A stretch of 64,000 nt of DNA from an uncultured Eubacteriales bacterium (GCA_934447715.1 CAKSER010000006.1:14394-78393), one strand, 5' to 3'. Numbered from the stretch's first letter, positions 9,011 through 18,700 are shown. Translations and numbers: made by a program. Notes: a model not told the origin generated them from the letters alone.

Positions 9011-10918
9011 ATGTCCGCAAACGAAAAATCCGCAGCAGGATCCGAAGGAAGAGAAGAAAAAGAGGAAAAAGCCGCAACGACTGAAAAAAAGGCGGCGATA
9101 AAGCCTCTTTCAAAAAGCGAGCTTCGGGAAAAGGCAAACGAGCTTCCGCTTTCGCCGGGAGTGTACCTGATGAAGGACAGAAACGGCAGCATCATCTATG
9201 TCGGCAAAAGCAAGGCGCTTAAAAACCGCGTATCTCAGTATTTTCAGGACACCGACAAGCACTCGGTAAAGACCGACACGATGGTAAGCCGTGTGGCAAA
9301 CTTTGAGGTAATGCTTACCCACACCGAAATCGAAGCCCTGAATCTCGAAAACAAGCTTATCAAGCTTTACACCCCCAAATTCAACATCAAGCTGAAGGAC
9401 GACAGGAGCTATCCCTACATCAAGGTGAGCATGGGCGAAAGCTTCCCGAGGCTGTCTGTCGTGCGCAAAAGGATTGCCGGCGACAGGGCAAAATATTTCG
9501 GTCCGTATTCCGGCACCGGCGTTGCATATTCGATTATGAACACGGTGCAGAAGGCGTTCGGAATCCCGAGCTGCAAGAAAAGCTTTCCGAAGGACATAGG
9601 CAAAACCAGACCCTGTCTTAACTATCAGATCGGGCAATGCTGCGGCCTTTGCACGGGAGAGATTTCAAAGGAGAGCTACCGCGCGATCTTTAATGATGTA
9701 ATCTCGTTTCTCTCCGGTGCCTTCGGCGAGGTAAAACGCTCGCTTGAACAAAAAATGAACTTTGCCTCCGACAGCCTTCTTTTCGAGGCGGCGGCAAGAT
9801 ACAGAGACCGGATTTATTCTCTTGAAAAGCTGTGGGAAAAGCAGAGAGTCGTTGCCTCTCCCGATGTTGAAAGAGACATTATTGCAATCTACACGGACGA
9901 TATTTCATCCTGTCTTGCGATTTTCTATGTAAGAAACGGTGCCGTAATCGACAACGAAAGCTTCATCTTCGGTGCGGATCAGATTATCGACGAGGGTGCG
10001 CTTACCGGCTTTCTTTACGATCTCTATCAAAGAAGGGAGTACATCCCAAAGGATATTCTTTTCGACTTCCCTCTCGGAAACGAAAACACCGAGCTTCTTT
10101 CTTCAATGCTGAAGGAAAAGACCGGCTATACCGTAAGGCTTCGCTTCCCTCAAAAGGGAGATTCCAAGGCACTTTGCGAGATGGTAAGAGAAAATGCAAA
10201 GGAATATGCTCTCCAGAACCTCCGAAAGGAGGAGCGCGACAACGAAACGCTTATAACCCTTGCAGGGCTGCTTAAGCTTGAGGTTGTTCCGGAAAAAATC
10301 GAAGCCTTTGACATCTCGAACTTCGGAAACGAAAATATTACCGCCGGAATGATTCGGTGGGAAAACGGCAGCTTCAAAAAGTCAGGCTATCGCACCTATA
10401 AGATCACATCGACAAAAAGCCAGGACGATTATGCCTCAATGAAGGAGGCTGTAAAGCGCAGATTCCTCCATAATGAGCTCGAATTCCCGGATCTTCTCCT
10501 TATAGACGGAGGCGTCGGGCATGTCGGAGTTGCAAACGAGGCGCTAAGTGAGCTCGGTGTTGTCATTCCGACCTTCGGAATGGTAAAGGACGACTATCAC
10601 AAGACAAGGGCGCTTACCGACGGTGAAAACGAAATTTCGATTGCAAGAGAGCAGGCGGTTTTCAGACTCATTTATCAAATCCAGGAGGAGGTTCACCGCT
10701 ACACCGTTTCGAGGATGACAAATGCAAAAAGAAAGACGCTCAAGACCTCATCGCTTAACGAAATCCCGGGGATCGGTCCCACAAAGGCAAAGAATCTGCT
10801 TCTTTACTTCAGGGGGCTCGGCGGCGTAAAAGCGGCAGGCAGGGATGAATTTTTAAAGGTCAAGGGTATTACCGAAAGGAACGCAGAGGATATCCTCGGA
10901 TTTTTCAAAAAAGACTGA
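9011..10918 (+). CDS. uvrC: excinuclease ABC subunit C
   Basis: GIY-YIG motif: PGVYLMKDRNGSIIYVGKSKALKNRVSQYF. C-terminal HhH: IPGIGPTKAKNLL. I chose the ATG at 9011, after GGTGGTGAAAAA. A K/E-rich N-terminal extension is present. Confidence 0.93.
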   Translation: MSANEKSAAGSEGREEKEEKAATTEKKAAIKPLSKSELREKANELPLSPGVYLMKDRNGSIIYVGKSKALKNRVSQYFQDTDKHSVKTDTMVSRVANFEVMLTHTEIEALNLENKLIKLYTPKFNIKLKDDRSYPYIKVSMGESFPRLSVVRKRIAGDRAKYFGPYSGTGVAYSIMNTVQKAFGIPSCKKSFPKDIGKTRPCLNYQIGQCCGLCTGEISKESYRAIFNDVISFLSGAFGEVKRSLEQKMNFASDSLLFEAAARYRDRIYSLEKLWEKQRVVASPDVERDIIAIYTDDISSCLAIFYVRNGAVIDNESFIFGADQIIDEGALTGFLYDLYQRREYIPKDILFDFPLGNENTELLSSMLKEKTGYTVRLRFPQKGDSKALCEMVRENAKEYALQNLRKEERDNETLITLAGLLKLEVVPEKIEAFDISNFGNENITAGMIRWENGSFKKSGYRTYKITSTKSQDDYASMKEAVKRRFLHNELEFPDLLLIDGGVGHVGVANEALSELGVVIPTFGMVKDDYHKTRALTDGENEISIAREQAVFRLIYQIQEEVHRYTVSRMTNAKRKTLKTSSLNEIPGIGPTKAKNLLLYFRGLGGVKAAGRDEFLKVKGITERNAEDILGFFKKD

Positions 10919-10952
10919 ATCAGAAAAGCAAAAAAAGAAAGGGCAAAAGCAA

Positions 10953-11555
10953 ATGAGAATAATAACCGGATCAGCAAGAGGAACAAAGCTTGAAACTCTC
11001 GAGGGAGAGTCGACAAGGCCTACGACCGACAGAGTCAAGGAATCGGTTTTCAATATAATCCAGTTTGAAATTGAGGGAAGAAGCTTTCTTGACCTGTTCG
11101 CAGGTTCCGGACAGATGGGACTTGAGGCGCTGTCAAGAGGTGCGGAAAAGGCGCTGTTTGCGGACGACAATCCGGAGGCTGTCGCAATGATCAAAAGAAA
11201 CGCGCAGAAAACAAGGCTGTACGAAAAATGCAGGGTGTTAAATTCCGACTACAGGGCGGTAATAAGAAGCCTTACCGGGCGTGAGAAATTCGACATTATC
11301 TACCTCGATCCGCCCTATAAATCCGATTTTCTTTATGACGCGCTTTCAAAGCTCGTAAAAGCGGAGCTCATTTCGGACACCGGAGTCGTAATCTGCGAGA
11401 CAAACAGCAGCGAGCCGATAGAAATTGAAGGGCTTTATACCGCAAAGCATGTAAAATACGGAAAAATCTATATCTCGGTTCTCAGAAACGGCAGAAGCGA
11501 AAACAACGAAAATGAAAACGACAAGGAAAACGGAGGGGAAAAGGAAAATGACTGA
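10953..11555 (+). CDS. rsmD: 16S rRNA (guanine966-N2)-methyltransferase RsmD
   Basis: Motifs RPTTDRVKESVFNI, DLFAGSGQMGLEALSRGA and YLDPPY. Confidence 0.85.
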   Translation: MRIITGSARGTKLETLEGESTRPTTDRVKESVFNIIQFEIEGRSFLDLFAGSGQMGLEALSRGAEKALFADDNPEAVAMIKRNAQKTRLYEKCRVLNSDYRAVIRSLTGREKFDIIYLDPPYKSDFLYDALSKLVKAELISDTGVVICETNSSEPIEIEGLYTAKHVKYGKIYISVLRNGRSENNENENDKENGGEKEND

Positions 11556-12084
11556 AGCAAGCAGAAAAACGGCTCTTGTTGCCGGAAGCTTCGACCCTGT
11601 AACAGCCGGGCATTTTGATATTATAAGGCGCACGGCAGCCCTTTTTGACAAGGTATATGTTGTCTCCTTCAACAACACCGAAAAAAAGTACATGTTTAAC
11701 CAGCAGCAAAGAGAGGAAATGCTGAAGATCGCGTGCAGAGATTTCGAAAACGTCATCACCTGCTCTTACGGCGGCCTGCTTGCTGATTTTGCGGCGGAAA
11801 ACGGTGTCGGCGTGATCGTAAAGGGAATCCGCGACTCAAACGACCTCGCCTACGAGCTCGATCTTGCAACAATCAACCGGATGATAAACGATCAGATCGA
11901 AACCGTGTTTATTCCGGCAAGACCCGAGTATATGCACATCAGCTCGACCTTTGTCCGCGACATGATCGGTTACAAAAGAAGTATCGACGGAATTCTTCCG
12001 CCGGGAGTTGCGGAATATATCGAAAAAAATTTTAAAAGCGCCTCAGAGCCCCGTCGGACCGAGAAGCCGGGCTTTATGCGCTGA
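11548..12084 (+). CDS. coaD: phosphopantetheine adenylyltransferase
   Basis: Motif ALVAGSFDPVTAGHFDIIRR. The ATG at 11548 overlaps the rsmD stop (ATGACTGA). Confidence 0.9.
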   Translation: MTEASRKTALVAGSFDPVTAGHFDIIRRTAALFDKVYVVSFNNTEKKYMFNQQQREEMLKIACRDFENVITCSYGGLLADFAAENGVGVIVKGIRDSNDLAYELDLATINRMINDQIETVFIPARPEYMHISSTFVRDMIGYKRSIDGILPPGVAEYIEKNFKSASEPRRTEKPGFMR

Positions 12085-12219
12085 CAGGCAAAAGCTGTCG
12101 CAATCGCACGAAAAACGGCATTTTTTCCTGCCGAACTCTCCCGAATTTGATTTTTTTATCGCAGTTATTGCATTTTTTAATATGTTCTGCAATACGTTCT
12201 GCTTTGGCGTTCGTTTGCG

Positions 12220-12231
12220 GAACATATGTTC
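12220..12231. promoter_or_regulatory. perfect Cheo/LexA-type box GAACATATGTTC
   Basis: A perfect 12-bp palindrome matching the core of the Firmicutes SOS-box consensus CGAACnnnnGTTCG. It lies 50 nt upstream of the mraZ -35. Confidence 0.45.
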
Positions 12232-12281
12232 TTTGCTGCGAAAAAAAATAATTTATTTACAGATAAATCACTTTTCGGTTA

Positions 12282-12310
12282 TTGAAATACACTTCCCTAT
12301 CGCCTATAAT
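12282..12310 (+). promoter_or_regulatory. sigmaA-type promoter of the dcw cluster (Pmra)
   Basis: TTGAAA (12282-12287), 17-nt spacer, TATAAT (12305-12310). Confidence 0.65.
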
Positions 12311-12321
12311 ATAAGTACACC

Positions 12322-12347
12322 GTGGAGGAAAGTGGAGCAAAGTGGCT
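12322..12347 (+). promoter_or_regulatory. MraZ operator: three direct GTGG repeats with 10-bp period
   Basis: GTGGAG (12322), GTGGAG (12332) and GTGGCT (12342), just downstream of the -10. MraZ is known to bind arrays of short G-rich direct repeats with about 10-bp phasing at its own promoter. Confidence 0.6.
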
Positions 12348-12413
12348 AATTTTTCCCGAAATTGGAAGCATTTCTCCTCCTCAGGTAATTTTAGGTGAAA
12401 GGGGAGTTTTTTC

Positions 12414-12833
12414 ATGTTCTGCGGCGAATTCCTGCATACGCTTGATGCAAAGAAAAGACTTGTACTTCCCTCCAAGTTCCGTGAGGAGCTGGGATGCGAG
12501 GTCGTAATGTCAAGGAACTTTGATAAATGCATCTCCCTTTATCCGAGCGAAAGCTGGAAGCAGTTCTGCTCAAAGCTCGATGAGCTGCCTGCAACCAAAA
12601 CAAAGAGTGCAAGGCGTTTTCTTTATGCATCGGCGTTCGAGACTGTACTCGATTCGCAGTCAAGGCTTCTTATTTCGCCGAACCTTTGCGAATATGCCTC
12701 GCTTGAAAAGAACGTTGCGGTAATCGGAGTCGGCGACCACATCGAAATCTGGGACGCGCAACTCTGGGAAGAGGAAAAGAACTCGGAAAATGCCGCACAG
12801 ATAGAAGCGACCCTTGCCGAACTCGGGCTTTGA
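12414..12833 (+). CDS. mraZ: transcriptional regulator MraZ
   Basis: Two SpoVT/AbrB-like halves: LDAKKRLVLPSKFR and DSQSRLLISPNL. Confidence 0.95.
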   Translation: MFCGEFLHTLDAKKRLVLPSKFREELGCEVVMSRNFDKCISLYPSESWKQFCSKLDELPATKTKSARRFLYASAFETVLDSQSRLLISPNLCEYASLEKNVAVIGVGDHIEIWDAQLWEEEKNSENAAQIEATLAELGL

Positions 12834-12839
12834 TTTAAT

Positions 12840-13766
12840 ATGAATTTTTCACACTATTCGGTGCTTCTTAACGAGTGCATCGAGGCGCTTAATATAAAGC
12901 CCGACGGGCTGTATGTTGACTGCACCGCCGGAGGAGGCGGCCACAGCCTTGAAATTGCAAAAAGGCTTTCGGAGGGCGGCAGGCTCATTTCAATCGACCG
13001 CGATGCCGACGCAATCGAGGCGGCAAGCAAACGGCTGTCCGAATATTCAGACAGAGTTACATTTGTTCACGACAATTTTTCGAATATAAAACAGATTTTA
13101 GGAGAAAGAAAGCCGGACGGCGTGCTTATCGATCTCGGAATTTCATCCTACCAGATCGACACCCCCGAAAGAGGTTTTTCCTACAACCACGATGCGCCTC
13201 TTGACATGCGCATGGACAAAGAGGCAAGCCTTTCCGCATATGACGTTGTAAACGGATATTCCGAGGAAGAGCTTACAAAAATCCTTTTCGAATACGGAGA
13301 GGAGAAAATGTCAAGGAGGATTGCAAAAAAAATCGTCCTTGCAAGAAGCGAAAAGCCGATAAAAACAACTCTTGAGCTTGCGCAGCTCGTTGAGGGCTGT
13401 GTTCCGAAGGATTTCAGAAATCCCGGAGCGAGCACTGCGAAAAGAACCTTTCAGGCAATCCGCATCGAGGTAAACAATGAGCTTGCAATCATCGAACCGA
13501 CCGTAAGAGCGATCGCGGATGTGCTGAAAACCGGCGGAAGAATGGCGGTTATCACCTTCCATTCGCTTGAGGACAGAGCGGTAAAGCAGACGCTGCAGAT
13601 CCTCGAATCGCCCTGCACCTGCCCGAAAAGCTTTCCGGTTTGCATTTGCGGCTTAAAGCCGAACATAAAAATCATCACGAAAAAACCGATCCTTCCTTCC
13701 GAGAAGGAATTAAACGAAAACAAAAGATCCCACAGTGCAAAATTGCGAGTAGCAGAAAAAATTTGA
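12840..13766 (+). CDS. rsmH: 16S rRNA (cytosine1402-N4)-methyltransferase RsmH
   Basis: Motifs [26 protein letters not shown] and ITFHSLEDR. Confidence 0.95.
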   Translation: MNFSHYSVLLNECIEALNIKPDGLYVDCTAGGGGHSLEIAKRLSEGGRLISIDRDADAIEAASKRLSEYSDRVTFVHDNFSNIKQILGERKPDGVLIDLGISSYQIDTPERGFSYNHDAPLDMRMDKEASLSAYDVVNGYSEEELTKILFEYGEEKMSRRIAKKIVLARSEKPIKTTLELAQLVEGCVPKDFRNPGASTAKRTFQAIRIEVNNELAIIEPTVRAIADVLKTGGRMAVITFHSLEDRAVKQTLQILESPCTCPKSFPVCICGLKPNIKIITKKPILPSEKELNENKRSHSAKLRVAEKI

Positions 13767-13785
13767 CTCTGATCGGAGTACGGAT

Positions 13786-14439
13786 ATGCAGCAGAATGAA
13801 GTTCAAAAAGGAAAATTGAATAATCAGCGATCGCACTCTGTTGCTGCCGCAGGCAGGAGAAAAAATCAGCAGATGGGCTACTCCAGAGTCAAATCCGGAG
13901 ACATAAAGCGCAGACAGGTCGCAAGAACGCCTGACATGTCGCATCCGAACGCAAGAGCGGTTTCTCCCTCGGTTACAATCGGCGCCCTTCCGAAGGCTCC
14001 GGAAAAGAGAAATGCTCCGCTTGCCGGACTGTATGTCGAGCCGAAGGTACATACCGTAATCGACACAAAGACAAAGGCATTCCCGACCTCGACGATCATC
14101 CTCGCGGCGATCTGCACGGTGCTTATGCTTTTCATGATCATCAGCTATGTAAGGATCAACGAATATACAATCGTTGTATCAAACCTCAAAGCGGAGATGA
14201 ACGAACTGGTTGATGAAAAGAAGACGGTAAGCGCAGAGCTTGACCGCAGAAACAACCTCGAGCTCATCGAAGATATAGCAAAAAACGATCTCGGAATGGT
14301 CAAGATAGACGAGATCGACAAAAAATACGTACAGATTGATATAAAGGACGATGTTCAGATATATGAGCACGAAAAGGACACAAGCATAAAGGGTGTCGTA
14401 AACGAAATAATGAGTGCAATCGCACTGCTCTTCAAATAA
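13786..14439 (+). CDS. ftsL: FtsL-like cell division protein (long basic N-terminal extension)
   Basis: A single TM (IILAAICTVLMLFMIISYV) followed by a coiled coil (NLKAEMNELVDEKKTVSAELDRRNNLELIE). Its position between rsmH and the PBP gene supports the call. Confidence 0.6.
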   Translation: MQQNEVQKGKLNNQRSHSVAAAGRRKNQQMGYSRVKSGDIKRRQVARTPDMSHPNARAVSPSVTIGALPKAPEKRNAPLAGLYVEPKVHTVIDTKTKAFPTSTIILAAICTVLMLFMIISYVRINEYTIVVSNLKAEMNELVDEKKTVSAELDRRNNLELIEDIAKNDLGMVKIDEIDKKYVQIDIKDDVQIYEHEKDTSIKGVVNEIMSAIALLFK

Positions 14440-14561
14440 ACCGTTTTGCAGATTTTAAAAATCGGCATTAAACAGGCAGTGGCGGAATATTATAAAACGG
14501 AAGCCAAAATTCAAGAACAGTTATCATTTGAGGGTGGAGTATTAATATCTTTACTCTCATT

Positions 14562-14590
14562 TTGATTTATTGTCGGCATGACAATATAAT
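14562..14590 (+). promoter_or_regulatory. internal sigmaA-type promoter ahead of the PBP gene
   Basis: TTGATT (14562-14567), 17-nt spacer, TATAAT (14585-14590). It predicts a leader of about 100 nt. Confidence 0.5.
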
Positions 14591-14693
14591 AAGCAGTCTG
14601 CTTTATCGGCGCAGACAATCGGCAAGAGGGCGCAGTGCAGGATACAAAGCGCATTTGCACCACGCAAACGCAAAGAAAAAAAGGAGGAAAATA

Positions 14694-17039
14694 ATGATCA
14701 CAGGCGGACCGTCAAAGGCAAACAGAAGAATACCCGGCAGAAGCTTCTTCATCTTCTTCGCCTGCATTATTCTCTGGGGAATCCTGATTATAAGGCTTTT
14801 TAACCTCCAGATTTTAAGCTACGAGTACTATCAGGGAAAGGTTATAAATAATATTCAAAGAGAGACCACCCTCACAGCAGACAGAGGAGTTATCTATGAC
14901 AGAGACATGGTAACCCTTGCGTCAAACTACACGGTATACAGAATTTTCATCTCGCCGAGAGCGATCATTGCAGCGGATCAGTCTGCAATTGCCGACGAAG
15001 ACGAGCTTGCAAAAAGCGAAGGAAGAGCGCCTTCGTACCCCGAAAAGACCTATGCTCAGCTTGTAAGCGAAGGACTTTCCCAGATTCTCGGCAAGGATTA
15101 CGGCGTGACCTATGATTTCGTCTATGAAAAGGCGCAAAAGGCAAACCGCGCGGACGAAACGATAGTCAAAAAGGCAGACGAGGACGTAACAAACCTTATA
15201 AGGGAGTTCATCGAAAGCAACAAGGGCACCGAAAAGATGATCTATATCGAGGCAAATTCCGCAAGGTACTATCCGTTTTCATCGGTTGCCTCAAATGTAA
15301 TCGGATTTGTCGGAACAGACGGAGGTCTTCTCGGTCTGGAGCTGAAATACAACAGCTTTCTCTCCGGAAAATCCGGAAAATATATTACGGCAAGAGACTC
15401 GACCGGACTTTCGATGCCGTACAAATACGACAACTACATCGACGCATCAAACGGTGCGAATCTTGTTACAACGCTCAATCTGACAATCCAAAAATCGCTC
15501 GAAAAGCAGCTGAAGCAGACCTATGAGGATTCCGGTCCGCTCAACAGGGTCACCGGAATTGTCATGGACCCGAACACCGGAGCAATCTATGCGATGGGAA
15601 CCTACCCCTCCTTTGACTGCAACGACCCGTTCACCCTTGACGAGGATTCTCAGAAAAAGCTTGCAGAATGCGGATATCCGAAGGATTCGGACGAATATTC
15701 CACATACTACTACGAGCTTCTGAACGCCATGTGGAAGAACAAGGCGGTTTCCGAGCTTTACGAGCCGGGATCTACCTCAAAGATAATCACAACGGCAATG
15801 GCTCTTGAAGAGGGCGCTGCATCCTTTGACGACCAGTTCACCTGCACAGGAGAATATTTTGTCGAGGGCTATGATCAGCCGATTCACTGCCACAAGCGAA
15901 GCGGCCACGGCACACATCCGTATTCATACATGCTCCAGCAGTCCTGCAACCCGACACTGATGCAGGTCGCCTCGAGAATCGGGCGTCTGACCTTCTACAA
16001 GTACTTCCAGGACTTCGGATACACCACAAAAACCGGAATCGACCTGCCCGGAGAGGCAGCGCCGATCTACTCATCCTACAGCAATTTCCTGAACGTCGAG
16101 CTTGCCGTATACTCCTTCGGTCAGACCTACAAGGTCACCCCGATTCAGCAGCTGACGGCGATTTCCACAATCGCAAACGGAGGGCATCTTATAACTCCGT
16201 ATGTTGTAGATCAGATCATTGACGACGACGGAAACGTTCTCATGCAGCACGAAACCGAAGTTAAGCGTCAGGTTGTAAGCACAGAGGTCTGCAACATGAT
16301 AACAACGGTTCTTGAGGACGGTGTTGCCGGCAACGGAGGTGCTAAAAACGCATATGTAGCCGGATACCGCATTGCGGCAAAGACAGGAACCTCAGAGGTC
16401 CGCGATATTCTCGATGAAAACGGCCAGTCTTATCTTCGAATCGGCTCCTGCGTTGCATATGCTCCGGCAGAAAATCCGCAGGTTGCCGCAATCATCATCG
16501 TAGACCAGCCGCAGTGCGCAAACGTCTACGGAAGCGTTGTTGCAGCTCCCTATGTTGCAAACCTCATGAGCGAGGTCCTTCCGTATCTCGGAATCGAGCC
16601 CTCATATTCCGACACAGAGCTTGAAAAGGTCACGGTAAGTGTCCGCAGCTATGTTGGCTGGAGCCTTGAGGAAACAAAGAAGGCTCTTGAAAACTCCAAC
16701 ATCAAATACGAGGTAAAGGGTGATGGAGATATCGTCACTCACCAGATCCCCGGCAGAGGAGAGCAGATGATCAAGAACGGAAGCAAGGTTATTATATATA
16801 CCGGAAATGAGGTTCCGACATATACAATCGCCGCTCCGAATGTTGTAGGCTACACTGCATCCCAGGCAAACAGAGCAATCGTAAACAGAAAGCTCAATAT
16901 CGTAATCGAGGGAGCAATCAACACCTCCGGAACCGCAGAGGCAAGCGTTGTATCGCAGTCCCCGGCAGCCGGAACAATGCTCTCCGAGGGCGATGTTGTT
17001 ACAATTACATTAAGATATCTTGACGACCAGACAAACTGA
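14694..17039 (+). CDS. class B penicillin-binding protein (FtsI/SpoVD-type) with two C-terminal PASTA domains
   Basis: Motifs SxxK (GSTSKIIT), SxN (QSCNPT) and KTG (AAKTGTSE), plus two PASTA-like repeats at the C-terminus. I chose the ATG at 14694, after AAGGAGG. Confidence 0.9.
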   Translation: MITGGPSKANRRIPGRSFFIFFACIILWGILIIRLFNLQILSYEYYQGKVINNIQRETTLTADRGVIYDRDMVTLASNYTVYRIFISPRAIIAADQSAIADEDELAKSEGRAPSYPEKTYAQLVSEGLSQILGKDYGVTYDFVYEKAQKANRADETIVKKADEDVTNLIREFIESNKGTEKMIYIEANSARYYPFSSVASNVIGFVGTDGGLLGLELKYNSFLSGKSGKYITARDSTGLSMPYKYDNYIDASNGANLVTTLNLTIQKSLEKQLKQTYEDSGPLNRVTGIVMDPNTGAIYAMGTYPSFDCNDPFTLDEDSQKKLAECGYPKDSDEYSTYYYELLNAMWKNKAVSELYEPGSTSKIITTAMALEEGAASFDDQFTCTGEYFVEGYDQPIHCHKRSGHGTHPYSYMLQQSCNPTLMQVASRIGRLTFYKYFQDFGYTTKTGIDLPGEAAPIYSSYSNFLNVELAVYSFGQTYKVTPIQQLTAISTIANGGHLITPYVVDQIIDDDGNVLMQHETEVKRQVVSTEVCNMITTVLEDGVAGNGGAKNAYVAGYRIAAKTGTSEVRDILDENGQSYLRIGSCVAYAPAENPQVAAIIIVDQPQCANVYGSVVAAPYVANLMSEVLPYLGIEPSYSDTELEKVTVSVRSYVGWSLEETKKALENSNIKYEVKGDGDIVTHQIPGRGEQMIKNGSKVIIYTGNEVPTYTIAAPNVVGYTASQANRAIVNRKLNIVIEGAINTSGTAEASVVSQSPAAGTMLSEGDVVTITLRYLDDQTN

Positions 17040-17167
17040 CAGCTATCTGTAAGGCACAAAGACAAAAACCGCAAAAGGAAGGCTTTGCAAAAAAAGAGAT
17101 AGACACACAGGCCCCAAGCCAAAGAAACGGACGTAAAAACGGGTTTATAAAATTTGTTTTTACGGAG

Positions 17168-18652
17168 TTGATTATTTTGAAGCTTGAAAAGCTGATATCC
17201 GGCACCGAATGCAAAATTCTTAAAGGAGACATCGAAACCGAAATATCCGATGTATGCTCCGATTCTCGGAAAATAAAGCCCGGCGCGCTTTTCGTCTGTC
17301 TTGACGGGCTGAAAAGCAGCGGCGCCGATTATATATCGGAGGCGATGTCAAAAGGGGCAAAAGCCATACTTATTTCGAGCACGGCAAAGGAAAAAGCCAA
17401 AGCACTTACGTCCGAAAGCGATACAGCGGTTCTTGAAGCTGAAAATGTAAGAAGCTCGCTTGCGTTTTTATGCAGCAGCCTTCATAATCAGCCGCAGGAC
17501 GGCATAAGAATTATCGCGGTTACCGGAACAAACGGGAAAACCTCTGTTACACAGATTTTAAAGCATATATTTACAAAGGAAAAAATCAAAGCCGAGACGA
17601 TCGGAACTCTTGACGGAAGCATGACAACCCCCGACCCGGAGGAGCTTTATAAGGAGCTTGAAGACAAAAAGAAAAGAGGAGTTTCTGCCGTCCTGATGGA
17701 GGCATCCTCCCATTCCCTTTTTCTTGACAAGCTCGCGCCGTTAAGACCCGAGATCGGAATAATCACCAACGTAACCCCGGATCATCTGGATTTTCACAAG
17801 AGCATGGAAAGCTATGCGCTTGCAAAATCAAAGCTGTTTTCACTTTGCGACATCGGTCTTTTCAACACAGACGATCCGATATGCAAAAAAATGAAGGAAA
17901 GCTCAAAGTGCGAAGCATTCGGCTTTTCATGCCAAGACTGCGACACGGATTTTATAGCAAAAAACATCTGCCTGCTCGGAGAAAGCGGCGGAATGTTCGA
18001 CTTTTTCAATCACTTCGATCTGTTTCGGATACGGCAGAGAATGCCCGGCATGACCGGTATTTCAAACTCTCTTGCCGCAGCCTCCGCAGCATACATTTTC
18101 GGGATAAACAGATCGGTAATAAAGAGTGCACTTGCCGACTTTACAGGCGTAAGGGGAAGGCTTGAAAGAGTTGAGCTTGACGGGGCTGATTTTTCGGTTT
18201 TTATCGATTTTGCCCACACCCCGGATGCTCTTGAAAAGCTTTTAAAGACAGTAAGAGCCTTTTCCGGGACCGAAAAACGGATTGTTCTGCTTTTCGGCTG
18301 CGGTGGAGACAGGGACAGATTAAAAAGACCTGTTATGGGCTCGATTGCCGAAAAAAATGCCGATCTTGTCATAGTCACATCCGACAACTGCAGATCGGAA
18401 AAGGCAGAGGACATTATCCTCGACATTCTTTCCGGAATGGAAAAGGGCTCCGAGCTGCTGGTCATCCCGGACAGAAAAGAAGCGATCTTCCATGCAGTTC
18501 TTTGTGCAATGCCGTCGGATGTAATCATTCTTGCAGGCAAGGGGCACGAAACCTCCGAGCTTTCGGGAGATCAAAGAAAGCATTTTGATGAAAGAGAAAT
18601 AGTGCGTGAGGCTTTTGAAATAAAAAAACAAAAACAGACCCTTCAAAGCTGA
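17168..18652 (+). CDS. murE: UDP-N-acetylmuramoyl-L-alanyl-D-glutamate--2,6-diaminopimelate ligase
   Basis: VTGTNGKTSV P-loop and a DNCRSE variant of the DNPR motif. Its position in the dcw cluster supports the call. The start codon is uncertain (TTG at 17168 or 17177). Confidence 0.88.
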   Translation: MIILKLEKLISGTECKILKGDIETEISDVCSDSRKIKPGALFVCLDGLKSSGADYISEAMSKGAKAILISSTAKEKAKALTSESDTAVLEAENVRSSLAFLCSSLHNQPQDGIRIIAVTGTNGKTSVTQILKHIFTKEKIKAETIGTLDGSMTTPDPEELYKELEDKKKRGVSAVLMEASSHSLFLDKLAPLRPEIGIITNVTPDHLDFHKSMESYALAKSKLFSLCDIGLFNTDDPICKKMKESSKCEAFGFSCQDCDTDFIAKNICLLGESGGMFDFFNHFDLFRIRQRMPGMTGISNSLAAASAAYIFGINRSVIKSALADFTGVRGRLERVELDGADFSVFIDFAHTPDALEKLLKTVRAFSGTEKRIVLLFGCGGDRDRLKRPVMGSIAEKNADLVIVTSDNCRSEKAEDIILDILSGMEKGSELLVIPDRKEAIFHAVLCAMPSDVIILAGKGHETSELSGDQRKHFDEREIVREAFEIKKQKQTLQS

Positions 18653-18700
18653 AAGAGCTTGCAGGTCTGTAAGGCAAAACAAATCTTAAGGATGGATGAT

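Noticed and set aside
8598-9137. ORFs spanning the T-depleted repeat: 8598-8978 on the plus strand (126 aa) and 8697-9137 on the minus strand (146 aa).
   Set aside because: - The translations are low-complexity (G/R/Q/S- or L/F/P-rich).
- They have no RBS and they overlap ptsH or uvrC.
- The frames are open only because the region lacks T (or A), which removes stop codons.
12043-12225. 60-aa minus-strand ORF whose ATG lies inside the LexA box; considered as an SOS-induced small protein.
   Set aside because: - There is no SD sequence.
- It overlaps the coaD 3' end.
- The translation looks non-protein-like.
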